From NCBI GenBank assembly GCA_028819345.1, contig JAPPLW010000007.1, forward strand, positions 16,557 to 80,556: a DNA stretch of 64,000 nt. The letters are read 5' to 3'. Shown here in pieces: positions 1 through 8,289 of this stretch. A program made the position numbers and the translations under genes. Positions within the stretch are counted from its first letter, which is position 1, and every line of letters starts with the position of its first letter. Source of the DNA: a bacterium (GTDB lineage: Bacteria > Actinomycetota > Acidimicrobiia > Spongiisociales > ZC4RG35). Under the pieces are notes generated by a model. It was not told the origin of the DNA. It was given only the letters and a program-made list of their open reading frames with translations, and did not search any database.

Positions 1-8
1 GACGATCC

Positions 9-1148
9 TCAGTAGATCCAGGGGCAGATGCGGTACTTCACCTTCTCTTGGTATTCCATCCACTTCTCGGGGCCGTACTTCTCAAGGCACTGGTTCTCGT
101 CGAAGCGTTGGCGGAAGGAAAACAAGCTGATGCTGAATACAAAGTACGGCCAGGCCCACAGGTTGGTGAAGTGGCCGAAGGCCAAGGCCATAGAGAGGGA
201 GAGAAACCATTCGCCCAAATAGTTGAAATGGCGGGCGACACCCCAAAAGCCGCTGGTGAGGATCTTCCGGTCGCCCGCCTCAATGTACTCAGGCTCGATG
301 AGTCCCAGGAACTTCCGGTCGGGCCACCGCTTGAAGGTGTACTTTTGCAGGTTGGCGCCCCGGGAGATGCCCCATCCCAAAAGGAATAACGCAGGCGTGC
401 CGATCAGCCACATGTACCGTCCGGCTCCAGAGAAACCGGGATCGGGGTGAGCGGCCAACCCCCACAACGGAAGGATGAACATCCAGCCGTAGACGATCAA
501 TCCACCCCAGAACAGCTTGAACCCGAGATTCTCGTGTATTACGTCGTAGGTGTACAACTGGACGCGCTCGAAGATGAAATAGTCCAGCACGTAGAAGGTG
601 AAAAACCCCGCGTAGATGAACACGCCCGGATTGGAGTCGTCGCCGAAGCGCTCGTAGTGGTACACGGCTCCGGACAGGGCGTTGAGCGCCAGCATCGTCC
701 CGCCCACGACATAGAAGTACATCTTGATGTCGAAGCGCTCGTTGAAGAAAGCGATCTCCTGGGAGCGCCCATCCCAAAACGCCAGCCAGGGATGCTGCCC
801 CTCGTTCTTGGGCTGGGTGAGGAATGCCATCAGAGAGAAGATGGCGGTCAGGACGGTCCCGCCGGTCACCGCGTAGACCGATGACCGGTAGAACCAGTCG
901 TGGGGCATACCGGTGAGTTCGAAGGCCCACACCAGCATCGCCAATACGTATATCAGAAGACCGTTGAGCCGGTAGTTGCGTGGTTGGCCGGTCGCCGGAT
1001 TGATGACGTATCCGGGAACCCGCTGTGCGGGCAGTATGAGCTGGGCCAGGAAAAAGACGACGAAGACTATTAGGGGGGTTAGGAACCCCACAATCGCCTC
1101 GGTCCCGCTCAGCTCGAAAAGGTGGCTGACGCCGAGCCATTCAATCAT
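9..1148 (-). CDS. ERG4/ERG24 sterol-reductase-family integral membrane protein (delta14-sterol reductase / 7-dehydrocholesterol reductase-like)
   Basis: 379-aa polytopic ORF. C-terminal signatures GANLQKYTFKRWP, SGFWGVARHFNYLGEWFLSLSMAL and the ending KYGPEKWMEYQEKVKYRICPWIY are typical of this family. Confidence 0.75.
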   Translation of the reverse strand: MIEWLGVSHLFELSGTEAIVGFLTPLIVFVVFFLAQLILPAQRVPGYVINPATGQPRNYRLNGLLIYVLAMLVWAFELTGMPHDWFYRSSVYAVTGGTVLTAIFSLMAFLTQPKNEGQHPWLAFWDGRSQEIAFFNERFDIKMYFYVVGGTMLALNALSGAVYHYERFGDDSNPGVFIYAGFFTFYVLDYFIFERVQLYTYDVIHENLGFKLFWGGLIVYGWMFILPLWGLAAHPDPGFSGAGRYMWLIGTPALFLLGWGISRGANLQKYTFKRWPDRKFLGLIEPEYIEAGDRKILTSGFWGVARHFNYLGEWFLSLSMALAFGHFTNLWAWPYFVFSISLFSFRQRFDENQCLEKYGPEKWMEYQEKVKYRICPWIY

Positions 1149-1342
1149 GACCGAATGCCCCTTCCTCCGGTGACGGGTTCACCCTTGGCGACCGTCTTGA
1201 ACGGCGTTTAGGCGTGGTTTTCCGGCGACCGGGCAGTGAGTGATGATGCTTTCACCGCAAGGGTACCCCACGGCTATGGATTCTCACGGGACCACGGACC
1301 AGGGGACTCTGCCGGGCGTTGCCGGCGGGGGTCGGGGATTCC

Positions 1343-2539
1343 CTAGAGTTGCGCTCTGTCCATCCAGGGGGCGCGGGGCAGCCGTTTCTCCTTGTCGAAG
1401 AACGGCAGGGTGTCCACGGTCGCCTCGTGACTCACCCCGTCCTGATCGCTCAGGAAGACCGTCTTTCCATACCAGTCATCTCCCGGCAGGGGATGGTGGA
1501 AGCGCACATAGCCGACTCCCGCGTCGAGGGTGGGTGACCAGGTGCCGACGGTCAGGTGGCCGACCGGGTCGTCGTTGAAGTGGACCGTCATCCCGGCCTG
1601 CGGTGTGGCTGTTGGGCAAACCAGGCCGAACAGCAACTGGCTGCGATCGGCCTTCTCCAGGGCGGCGCGTCCGATGAAGTCTTGTTTCTCGAGTCTCACG
1701 AAGTGCCCGAGACCGGCGCCATAGGGCGTCAGATCCGGTTCGATGTCGGTGCCGTTGTCAAGTATCCCGGACTCGACGCGTCGGATCCCCATCGACCATC
1801 CCGAGCTGAACTCCATCCCGAAGGGCTCACCACAGGCGAACAGTCCATCCCATAGTGCGTCATGATCCGTCGGCCGGGGCCCGCTGTTGCAGTAGATCTC
1901 TATCCCCACCTCCCCGGTCCACCCGGTGCGGGAGACCCACAGCGTCTGACCGCAGACTTCGTAGAACCCGGCGTGGAAGTAGCGGAAGTCGGTCGAAAGC
2001 CCGCCGCCTATGGCTGCATCAAGTACGTCAAGCGACTTGGGCCCCTGGATCTGGAGCACCCGGGAATCGGGGTCGGAGACCTCGACGTCAAGGCCGATGG
2101 CGTTTGCCGCAAGCCAACTCTCGAACTCGCCGTTCGCCTTGACGTACCAGAACCGTCCCTCAGAGAGACGCATCACCACGCCGTCCATCAGAACCGTGCC
2201 GTCTTCCCGGCAAGCTATGCCGTAGCGACACCGGCCGACCGGCAGGGTCTCAACCCTGCAGGCGAGAACTCTTTCGAGCAGTTTGGCGGCGTCCGGGCCG
2301 TTGATCTCGAGGGGCTTTTCCGGAACGTCGTACAAGAGGACGTCCCTGCGCAACCTCCAATAAAGAGGGACGGGGTCCTCATTGTCGGTCAGTTTGAGCG
2401 GAAACAGTCGGTCGCAATAGACGCCGAACACCGTTTCATCAGTGACGTAGCGGTTCGCGAAGGGTGACTGGCCGAGTCGAAACGAAGTGACCTCGACGGC
2501 ATCGAAGGACTCGACGTAATAGTGTTTGTCCGCTTTCAT
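1343..2539 (-). CDS. aminomethyltransferase-family protein (GcvT/DmdA/LigM-like, folate-dependent)
   Basis: 398-aa ORF with GcvT-fold motifs (LYDVPEKPLEINGPDAAKLLERV, VSRTGWTGEVGIEIY, GILDNGTDI, LGHFVRLEKQDFIGRAAL). Substrate cannot be told from sequence. Confidence 0.8.
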   Translation of the reverse strand: MKADKHYYVESFDAVEVTSFRLGQSPFANRYVTDETVFGVYCDRLFPLKLTDNEDPVPLYWRLRRDVLLYDVPEKPLEINGPDAAKLLERVLACRVETLPVGRCRYGIACREDGTVLMDGVVMRLSEGRFWYVKANGEFESWLAANAIGLDVEVSDPDSRVLQIQGPKSLDVLDAAIGGGLSTDFRYFHAGFYEVCGQTLWVSRTGWTGEVGIEIYCNSGPRPTDHDALWDGLFACGEPFGMEFSSGWSMGIRRVESGILDNGTDIEPDLTPYGAGLGHFVRLEKQDFIGRAALEKADRSQLLFGLVCPTATPQAGMTVHFNDDPVGHLTVGTWSPTLDAGVGYVRFHHPLPGDDWYGKTVFLSDQDGVSHEATVDTLPFFDKEKRLPRAPWMDRAQL

Positions 2540-2664
2540 CTATGCCTCCAACGATGAACGGCGCGGCGGCCTATGGTACCCAACGGTCTCCCGGAACCAC
2601 ACGGAGAGCCGGGGTCAGTGCCTCCCCGGACGTGCCCTCGAAGGGGTGGGTGAGGCCCGATAGG

Positions 2665-2670
2665 GTACAA
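2665..2670 (+). promoter_or_regulatory. candidate -10 hexamer (TACAAT) for a leaderless or near-leaderless apt mRNA
   Basis: TACAAT lies 9 nt upstream of GTG 2680, the start that gives a normal-length Apt. Confidence 0.35.
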
Positions 2671-2679
2671 TCGCCTGCG

Positions 2680-3192
2680 GTGGACCTGAGGAGAAGCATC
2701 CGCGCCGTTCCTGACTTTCCTGAAGAGGGCATCCTGTTCAGGGACATCACTCCGCTGTTGGGCAATCCGGCGGCGTTCAGGTACACCGTGGGAGAATTGT
2801 GCGCCCATGCCGAGGCGATGGAGGCTGCGGCGATAGTGGGAATCGAGTCCAGGGGGTTCGTGTTCGGGACGGCGATGGCCGACCGCATGGGACTTCCCTT
2901 CGTCCCGCTTCGAAAGCCAGGGAAGCTGCCGGCGGCACGTTTCTCGGTTTCCTACTCCCTGGAGTACGGAGAGAGCCAACTCGACATGCACCGTGACGCC
3001 CTGTCAGCGGGAACCAAGGCCTACATCGTCGATGACTTGCTGGCGACGGGAGGGACTGCGGAGGCGGCCGCCAAGCTGGTGGAGATGGCGCTGGGCGAGG
3101 TGGTGGCGCTGGGGTTCGTGATCGAGTTGGTGGAACTGCGCGGACGGGCCAGGATCGAGGGCTACGAAATCATGAGCCTGGTCTGCTACTAG
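2680..3192 (+). CDS. apt: adenine phosphoribosyltransferase
   Basis: VDLRRSIRAVPDFPEEGILFRDITPLL, GIESRGFVFG and the PRPP loop YIVDDLLATGGTA. The first 46 codons of track ORF 2542..3192 look non-coding, so GTG 2680 is preferred. Confidence 0.85.
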   Translation: MDLRRSIRAVPDFPEEGILFRDITPLLGNPAAFRYTVGELCAHAEAMEAAAIVGIESRGFVFGTAMADRMGLPFVPLRKPGKLPAARFSVSYSLEYGESQLDMHRDALSAGTKAYIVDDLLATGGTAEAAAKLVEMALGEVVALGFVIELVELRGRARIEGYEIMSLVCY

Positions 3193-3476
3193 CCGGGCCA
3201 GGAGGGGCGTAGCCGCCCGGGTCGACGGGTTGAGATCCAGGTTGTGAAATAAACCGGCTCCTCGGGGATGAATGTTTCCCATCGGGGATGCGCATTGCAG
3301 GAGCCAAACACCTGGACGGCCCGGCTCAGGCGCCGCGGGACCGTGCCGAGGGATCAGAGTTTGAGGCCCGTCTCAGGCGTGGGATGGCCATGTTCGGCCT
3401 TGGAAATGTGGCGGTGGGGGAGGGGGAGGGAACCCGAAGGGGAGCCTGGTTTTCGCGACCATTCGGTCTGGACCGC

Positions 3477-5159
3477 TTAGTCTGTCTGCGCCTGGCGGCG
3501 GAGTTCGGAGAGGGTGGCGTGGGGCAGGATGGCCTCGGGGTCGACGAGGATGTCCAGCACTGCGGGCACTCGGGCATCCAGGGCCTGTTCGAATGCCGGA
3601 GGGAAGTCCTCGGTGCGCTCGATGGTGGCCCCGAAGGCTCCAAAGGCTCGAGCGTAGGCCGCGAAGTCGGGGTTGTTGAGGTCGGTACCGCTGGGTCGGC
3701 CCGGGAAGGTGAACTCCTGGTGCATCCTGATGGTGGCCAGCATTCCGTTGTTGACCACCAGGACGATGATCGGGGCGTCGTACTGCACGGCGGTGGCCAA
3801 CTCCTGACCGGTCATTAGGAAATCCCCGTCGCCGGAGATGGCAACCACCGGTACATCGGGATGGCGCAGCTTGGCGGCTACCGCGGCCGGTACCGCATAC
3901 CCCATCGCACCGCTCTGAGGTCCGAGTTGGGTCCCGTACTGCTTGAACCGGTAGTACCGCTGAGGCCAGAGGGTGTAATTGCCGGCGCCGCTGGTGAGGA
4001 TCGCATCCGGGGGTAGGCGGGAGTCGAGGTAGGTCACCACCTGCCCGAAATCCACCGCACCCGGGGCCGGCGGAGGCGAGAGCGTCGCTTCGTAGTCGGC
4101 GCGCGCCCCGACGGCCCAGTCCCGCCATGGCTGGCTGGAAAGAGGCGATGCGGCTGCAAGGGCGGCCACCGTCTCGGGGATTCCCGCGCAGATGCTGAGT
4201 GTGGGCTGGTAAACCCTGCCCAACTCGTCCGGATCGACATGAATGTGAACCAGGCTCTGGCTCGGGTTCGGGGGCTTGAGCAGTGTGTAACCTCTGGTGG
4301 CGGTGTCGCCCAGGCGCGTCCCGATGGCGATGATCAGGTCCGCCTGGAGGATCCGGTCGGCCAAGCCGGCCACGACCCCAACGCCCGAGTGGCCGACATA
4401 ACAGGGCGACCGGTTATCCAGGAAGTCTTGTCGCCGGAAGGACACCGCCACCGGGAGATTGTTCCGCTCCGCCCAGGAGGTCAGCGCCCTGGCGGCGTCC
4501 TCGTCCCACGCCCCGCCGCCGACCATCACCAGCGGCCGGTTGCTTCCCTCCAGCAGGGAACGCAGTTCCGCCAGTTCCCCCGGGCTGGGCGCGGGCCTCG
4601 ACGGGGAGGTCGCCACGGGGGCATCGGGCACCGACACGCGCTCGGCCAGCACGTCCTCGGGCAATGACACCACTACCGGTCCCGCACGGCCATCCTTAGC
4701 CACCCGCACGGCTCGGGCTGTCACCTCGCTCAGGTGCTCAGGGCGCTCCACTTCCACCGCCCATTTGGCCAGGGGGGCGAACAACCCCTCGATGTCAACC
4801 TCCTGGAAGGCCCCTCGGCCCCGCTGGGAGGTGGGAACCTGACCCACGAACAGCAATAGGGGAGCGCTGCTCTCGACGGCGTTGTGTACTCCCACCGATG
4901 CGTGTGTCGCGCCCGGGCCCCTTGCGACCAGGGCCACGCCCGGCTCGCCCCGGAGACGGGCGTGCGCCTCGGCCATGATGGTCGCTCCGGCCTCGTGGCG
5001 GCAGGACACGGTGCGAATCCGGGGTTCGTCGTACAGGGCGTCCAGCACGGGCAGAAAGGCCTCGCCCGGCACGGTGAAGATGTTGTCCACGCCGTGGCGG
5101 AGCAATTGGTCTACCAGCACTCGTCCCCCGTGTCGCACAATGGGATCGGAGCCTATCAA
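3477..5159 (-). CDS. thiamine-pyrophosphate-dependent enzyme (acetolactate-synthase-like family)
   Basis: N-terminal TPP_enzyme_N motif (LVDQLLRHGVDNIFTVPGEAFLPVLDAL). C-terminal TPP-binding motif GDGDFLMTGQELATAVQYDAPIIVLVVNNG. The first ~96 codons of the 656-aa track ORF are Pro/Arg-rich junk. TTG 5159 (or GTG 5138) is the likely start. Confidence 0.8.
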   Translation of the reverse strand: MIGSDPIVRHGGRVLVDQLLRHGVDNIFTVPGEAFLPVLDALYDEPRIRTVSCRHEAGATIMAEAHARLRGEPGVALVARGPGATHASVGVHNAVESSAPLLLFVGQVPTSQRGRGAFQEVDIEGLFAPLAKWAVEVERPEHLSEVTARAVRVAKDGRAGPVVVSLPEDVLAERVSVPDAPVATSPSRPAPSPGELAELRSLLEGSNRPLVMVGGGAWDEDAARALTSWAERNNLPVAVSFRRQDFLDNRSPCYVGHSGVGVVAGLADRILQADLIIAIGTRLGDTATRGYTLLKPPNPSQSLVHIHVDPDELGRVYQPTLSICAGIPETVAALAAASPLSSQPWRDWAVGARADYEATLSPPPAPGAVDFGQVVTYLDSRLPPDAILTSGAGNYTLWPQRYYRFKQYGTQLGPQSGAMGYAVPAAVAAKLRHPDVPVVAISGDGDFLMTGQELATAVQYDAPIIVLVVNNGMLATIRMHQEFTFPGRPSGTDLNNPDFAAYARAFGAFGATIERTEDFPPAFEQALDARVPAVLDILVDPEAILPHATLSELRRQAQTD

Positions 5160-5251
5160 GGGATCCTCTCCTCGAGGAACACCCTCGCCCGCTGGCGGGG
5201 GAAAGGGTCTGTTGGAACCGGGTCCAGACAACGGATGGTCGCTCGGCCGAC

Positions 5252-5530
5252 TCAAGCCGTGGGAAGGAGCATCACCCGGACAACGCCGTGGCTTGGGTCG
5301 ATGACGACGGGGCGGACACAGGCTCCGGCCCTCTCTCGAACCTGGTCTCCCGGCAGGTAAGTTGCGGTTACACCGGCTGTGGTCACGGTCAACTCCCCGA
5401 AGAGCAGTCTGCAATCCCTGGAAGGGGTGAACGTGCCGGTAAGGCACGGAACCTGCCCGGGTCTAACGCGGGGGCCTGGGCGGGTGTTTTCTACCCAGTC
5501 GCGGAGTCGGTCGATGGTCGGCTCCAGCAC
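5252..5530 (-). CDS. hypothetical small protein (possibly cupin-like beta protein)
   Basis: 92-aa ORF filling the gap between the CDF and TPP genes on the same strand. Only a weak cupin-like pattern (LLFGELTVTTAGVTATYLPGDQV). No firm family assignment. Confidence 0.3.
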   Translation of the reverse strand: MLEPTIDRLRDWVENTRPGPRVRPGQVPCLTGTFTPSRDCRLLFGELTVTTAGVTATYLPGDQVRERAGACVRPVVIDPSHGVVRVMLLPTA

Positions 5531-5595
5531 CTCAAGAGCGGGGGAGTCCTCATCAGTATCTTCGGGTCTTCAGAGCTTGACAAGTTGGGTCGAGA

Positions 5596-6888
5596 TCATG
5601 CGCCGGACTCTCTTTGCTCGAGGACCTGGTGGGTGGGGTGCGCCAGGGAGACGGCATTGGCGATGGAGTCGTCGATCTTCTCATCAAATCGATCGGATTC
5701 CCTGAACTGGACCAGGTCTATGGCCTCGACGTGCACGAACGCCTCGTCCAAGTGTTTCACTCGCCGTTGGAGATTCTCCTGTACGCCCTCCCCGACGGTG
5801 TGGCCCTGTCCCACCGAAAGCCTGGAGTCGACCCCGATCGAGATGTCGGCGCGGAGACGATGGCCCATCCACCGCACCTGGCAACTGTTCACGCTCAGGA
5901 CTCCCTCGATCGAGTTCGTCACGCTCTCGACCTCCTTCACCAACTCCGGGTCCACGGCGTCCATGAGGCGCCAGTAAATGTCGCGGGCCGCCGACCAGAG
6001 GATGCGAAGGATGATGATGCCGACGATGATGCCGGCGATCGGGTCGGCGCGCTCGAATCCCAGCCAGACGCCCACGGCACTGGCCGCTACCGCCAGCGAC
6101 GTGAACCCGTCGGCGCGGGCGTGGCGTCCATCGGCGACCAGGGCCGCCGATCCGATCTGGCGGCCAACCCGGATACGGTATATGGCCACCAGTTCGTTGC
6201 CGAGGAAACCGATTACCCCCGCCGCAAAGAGAACGCCCAGGTAATCGAGTTCGCGTGGATTGAAGAGCCGTTCGACCGACTCCCAGATGGCGATGATCGC
6301 CGACAGGAGAATCATCAGCACGATGAACAGGCCGGCGACGTCCTCGGCCCGGCGGTACCCGTAGGTGTAGCGGCGCGTAGCCGCCCTTCTACCCAGCTTG
6401 AAGGCGATGAATAGGGGCACGGCGGTGAGTGCGTCGGAGAAGTTGTGAATGGTGTCAGCGATCAGCGCCACCGAGCCGGTGAAAAAGACGATCCCTGCCT
6501 GGAGTACTGCGGTCACCATCAACCCGGTGAATGAGATGACCAGGGCCCTGATACCGCGTTCGCTGCTTTCGAGAGCGCTGTCGATCGACTCGGCATGATC
6601 GTGGGAGTGGGTCCCGAACAACTCGCTCACCCCGTGCTTGAAACCCGACCAGAGCGACCCGGAACCATGATCGTGGCCGTGTCCGTGCCCGTCGGAGTGT
6701 TTATGCCCGTGGGGGTGGTCGTGGCCGTGTCCGTGCCCGTCGGAGTGTTTGTGCCCGTGGGGGTGGTCGTGTCCGTGCCCGTGCCCGTCGGAGTGAGCAT
6801 GCCCGTGCCCCACCTCCGCCCGGTGGCCCGCAGCGGAAGGAGTACCGGTTGAGGGTGGGGCGAATTCGTGGGGTTCGGTTGATGACAT
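5596..6888 (-). CDS. cation diffusion facilitator (CDF) divalent-metal efflux transporter with His-rich N-terminal repeat
   Basis: TM2 ADTIHNFSD and TM5 ADGRHARAD (HxxxD/HxxxD metal site), followed by a C-terminal CDF cytoplasmic domain. N-terminus carries HGHGHDHPHGHKHSDG repeats. ATG 6888 (MSSTEPHEF) is preferred over the track start 6963. Confidence 0.85.
   Translation of the reverse strand: MSSTEPHEFAPPSTGTPSAAGHRAEVGHGHAHSDGHGHGHDHPHGHKHSDGHGHGHDHPHGHKHSDGHGHGHDHGSGSLWSGFKHGVSELFGTHSHDHAESIDSALESSERGIRALVISFTGLMVTAVLQAGIVFFTGSVALIADTIHNFSDALTAVPLFIAFKLGRRAATRRYTYGYRRAEDVAGLFIVLMILLSAIIAIWESVERLFNPRELDYLGVLFAAGVIGFLGNELVAIYRIRVGRQIGSAALVADGRHARADGFTSLAVAASAVGVWLGFERADPIAGIIVGIIILRILWSAARDIYWRLMDAVDPELVKEVESVTNSIEGVLSVNSCQVRWMGHRLRADISIGVDSRLSVGQGHTVGEGVQENLQRRVKHLDEAFVHVEAIDLVQFRESDRFDEKIDDSIANAVSLAHPTHQVLEQRESGA
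6673..6811. repeat. 48-bp in-frame tandem repeat (2 full units plus a partial unit) encoding the His-rich segment of the CDF
   Basis: Units 6673-6720 and 6721-6768 differ at a single base (a/g). A third, diverged partial unit follows. Confidence 0.85.
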
Positions 6889-6915
6889 CTTTATCACTAA
6901 CGCTCCGTATTGCCT

Positions 6916-6973
6916 ATGACAGTTATTGCACATGACTATATACTTGCGAACCGACAGTTGCAACTAATGTCAT
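6916..6973. promoter_or_regulatory. cluster of ATGACA / TTGCA(A) motifs upstream of the CDF gene (candidate metalloregulator operator)
   Basis: ATGACAGTTATTGCA (6916-6930), GACAGTTGCAA (6953-6963) and ATGTCAT (6967-6973, reverse orientation). A minus-strand TATAGT (complement of 6935-6940) is a possible -10. Confidence 0.3.
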
Positions 6974-7252
6974 GTGATACTTTTCCCACACATTTCAGTC
7001 CTGTGGCTTCGTGATCAAACCCCTGCCCTTCGATCGTTCAAGCTCCAGCGGATATGTAGCCGGTTTCACCGTCCGGACCGGGATCCCCTCTCGGGTCCCC
7101 GGGTTTACTTCAACGCCGCAGCCGGGTCGGTTCGTCTGAGACAGCCGATGAGAACTCTGGAGGAGATGGGCCGATGGCCGGACGCGATAGGACGGCCCGG
7201 CCGGGTCGAGGTAGGTGCACTTGACCACCTCGGCAGATGGGTGTCTACTCTG

Positions 7253-7296
7253 ATGACATCGCTTTGCAATAGTTATCCCAGTGCTATTGCTATATT
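7253..7296 (+). promoter_or_regulatory. candidate operator/promoter of the Fur-family gene
   Basis: ATGACATCGCTTTGCAA (7253-7269) repeats the composite motif seen at 6916. There is an inverted repeat GCAATAG-N11-CTATTGC (7266-7290), then TATATT (7291-7296) 11 nt before ATG 7308. Confidence 0.35.
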
Positions 7297-7307
7297 GGGT
7301 ATAGCCC

Positions 7308-7784
7308 ATGCCTGATGGCTTAGTTGTCACCGAAGATTTGATGATCGAGAGAATCCGGGCGGCCGGATTGCGCTTGACACTTCCCCGGGCAGCAGTGGTC
7401 CGCGCATTGGCCGAGATCGATGAACCATTCCTGAGCGCCCGGATGATCATCGACCACGTTCTGGAGCACGCCGGGCGGATAGAGGCTTCGACCGTCTACC
7501 GCATACTCGATGACTTGGCGCGTATCGGCCTGGTGCACCACATCCCGCTGCGGAACGGTCAATCGGGAAGGTGGCATGTCACCCTTAACCACGACCACGA
7601 ACACCTGGTGTGTGAACGATGCGGCAACACCACGGAGATACCTCACACCGAGTTCACACCCCTCTTCGAGATTCTCCGGGAGAAATACGGCTTTGAGATC
7701 TATCCCCACCACTTCGCGTTCCTCGGGTTTTGTGGTAGCTGTGGTCCCCAGGACGACCACCCTCATCCACGCGGCGGCGCCTAA
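7308..7784 (+). CDS. Fur-family metalloregulator (Zur/Nur-like)
   Basis: Winged-helix N-terminus (RLTLPRAAVVRALAE, TVYRILDDLARIGLV). C-terminal HEHLVCERCG and FCGSCG supply CxxC...CxxC structural Zn ligands. Confidence 0.85.
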   Translation: MPDGLVVTEDLMIERIRAAGLRLTLPRAAVVRALAEIDEPFLSARMIIDHVLEHAGRIEASTVYRILDDLARIGLVHHIPLRNGQSGRWHVTLNHDHEHLVCERCGNTTEIPHTEFTPLFEILREKYGFEIYPHHFAFLGFCGSCGPQDDHPHPRGGA

Positions 7785-7935
7785 GGGTCGCCGATCCCCA
7801 CCCTGGGGTCTGTGGGAGCGGGCAGTCCTGAAGTAACTCGAGCGTCGGCCATCCCGCGGTTCCCGATAGGGCGGTGCATCGGACCTGAGGGTGACGGCCG
7901 CGGTCAGGGGACCGGTTGAATCGGAGGGAGTGCTG

Positions 7936-8238
7936 TCAGCCGAGGGGACGCGCGTCGGTGACTGTGTAGCACATGATCTCGCGACTCATGACCGGCAACG
8001 AGGCTGCCCGCTCCTTCCAAGCGGCCATATGCTCCGACGCGAAGTGCTGGTCGAGGGCCTCCTGGTGGTCCCAAAGCTCGTAGAGCCGGATTAGATCGGG
8101 GTCAACCGGATCGGGTGTGAACGCGTAGACGCGGCAGCCGGGTTCCTCGAGGGATGTAGCCACCATCGGCGCCACCTCCTCGAAGAAACGGGCTCGGGTT
8201 CCGGGCTGCACCCGGAATGTCCCGGCGACAATTTTCAT
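7936..8238 (-). CDS. antibiotic-biosynthesis-monooxygenase (ABM) domain protein
   Basis: MKIVAGTFRVQPGTRARFFEEV, CRVYAFTPDPVDPDLIRLYELWDHQEALDQHFASEHM. Start taken at ATG 8238. Confidence 0.7.
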   Translation of the reverse strand: MKIVAGTFRVQPGTRARFFEEVAPMVATSLEEPGCRVYAFTPDPVDPDLIRLYELWDHQEALDQHFASEHMAAWKERAASLPVMSREIMCYTVTDARPLG

Positions 8239-8289
8239 CGGTTTCACAATGCCGGCCAAGAGTACCGTGGTCTCAAGGGTGACCAATGG

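Noticed and set aside
3416-3442. G-run tract GGGGG-A-GGGGG-A-GGG-N8-GGGG (potential G-quadruplex) in the convergent apt/TPP intergenic region
   Set aside because: Such tracts arise frequently by chance in GC-rich DNA. The last loop is long, and there is no positional link to a promoter or start codon.
6660-6815. Short regular repeats that could superficially look like a CRISPR or minisatellite (also 13464..13556 and 12290..12460)
   Set aside because: The repeats are contiguous with no spacers, in frame, and encode His-rich peptide units inside CDS. They are not CRISPR arrays.
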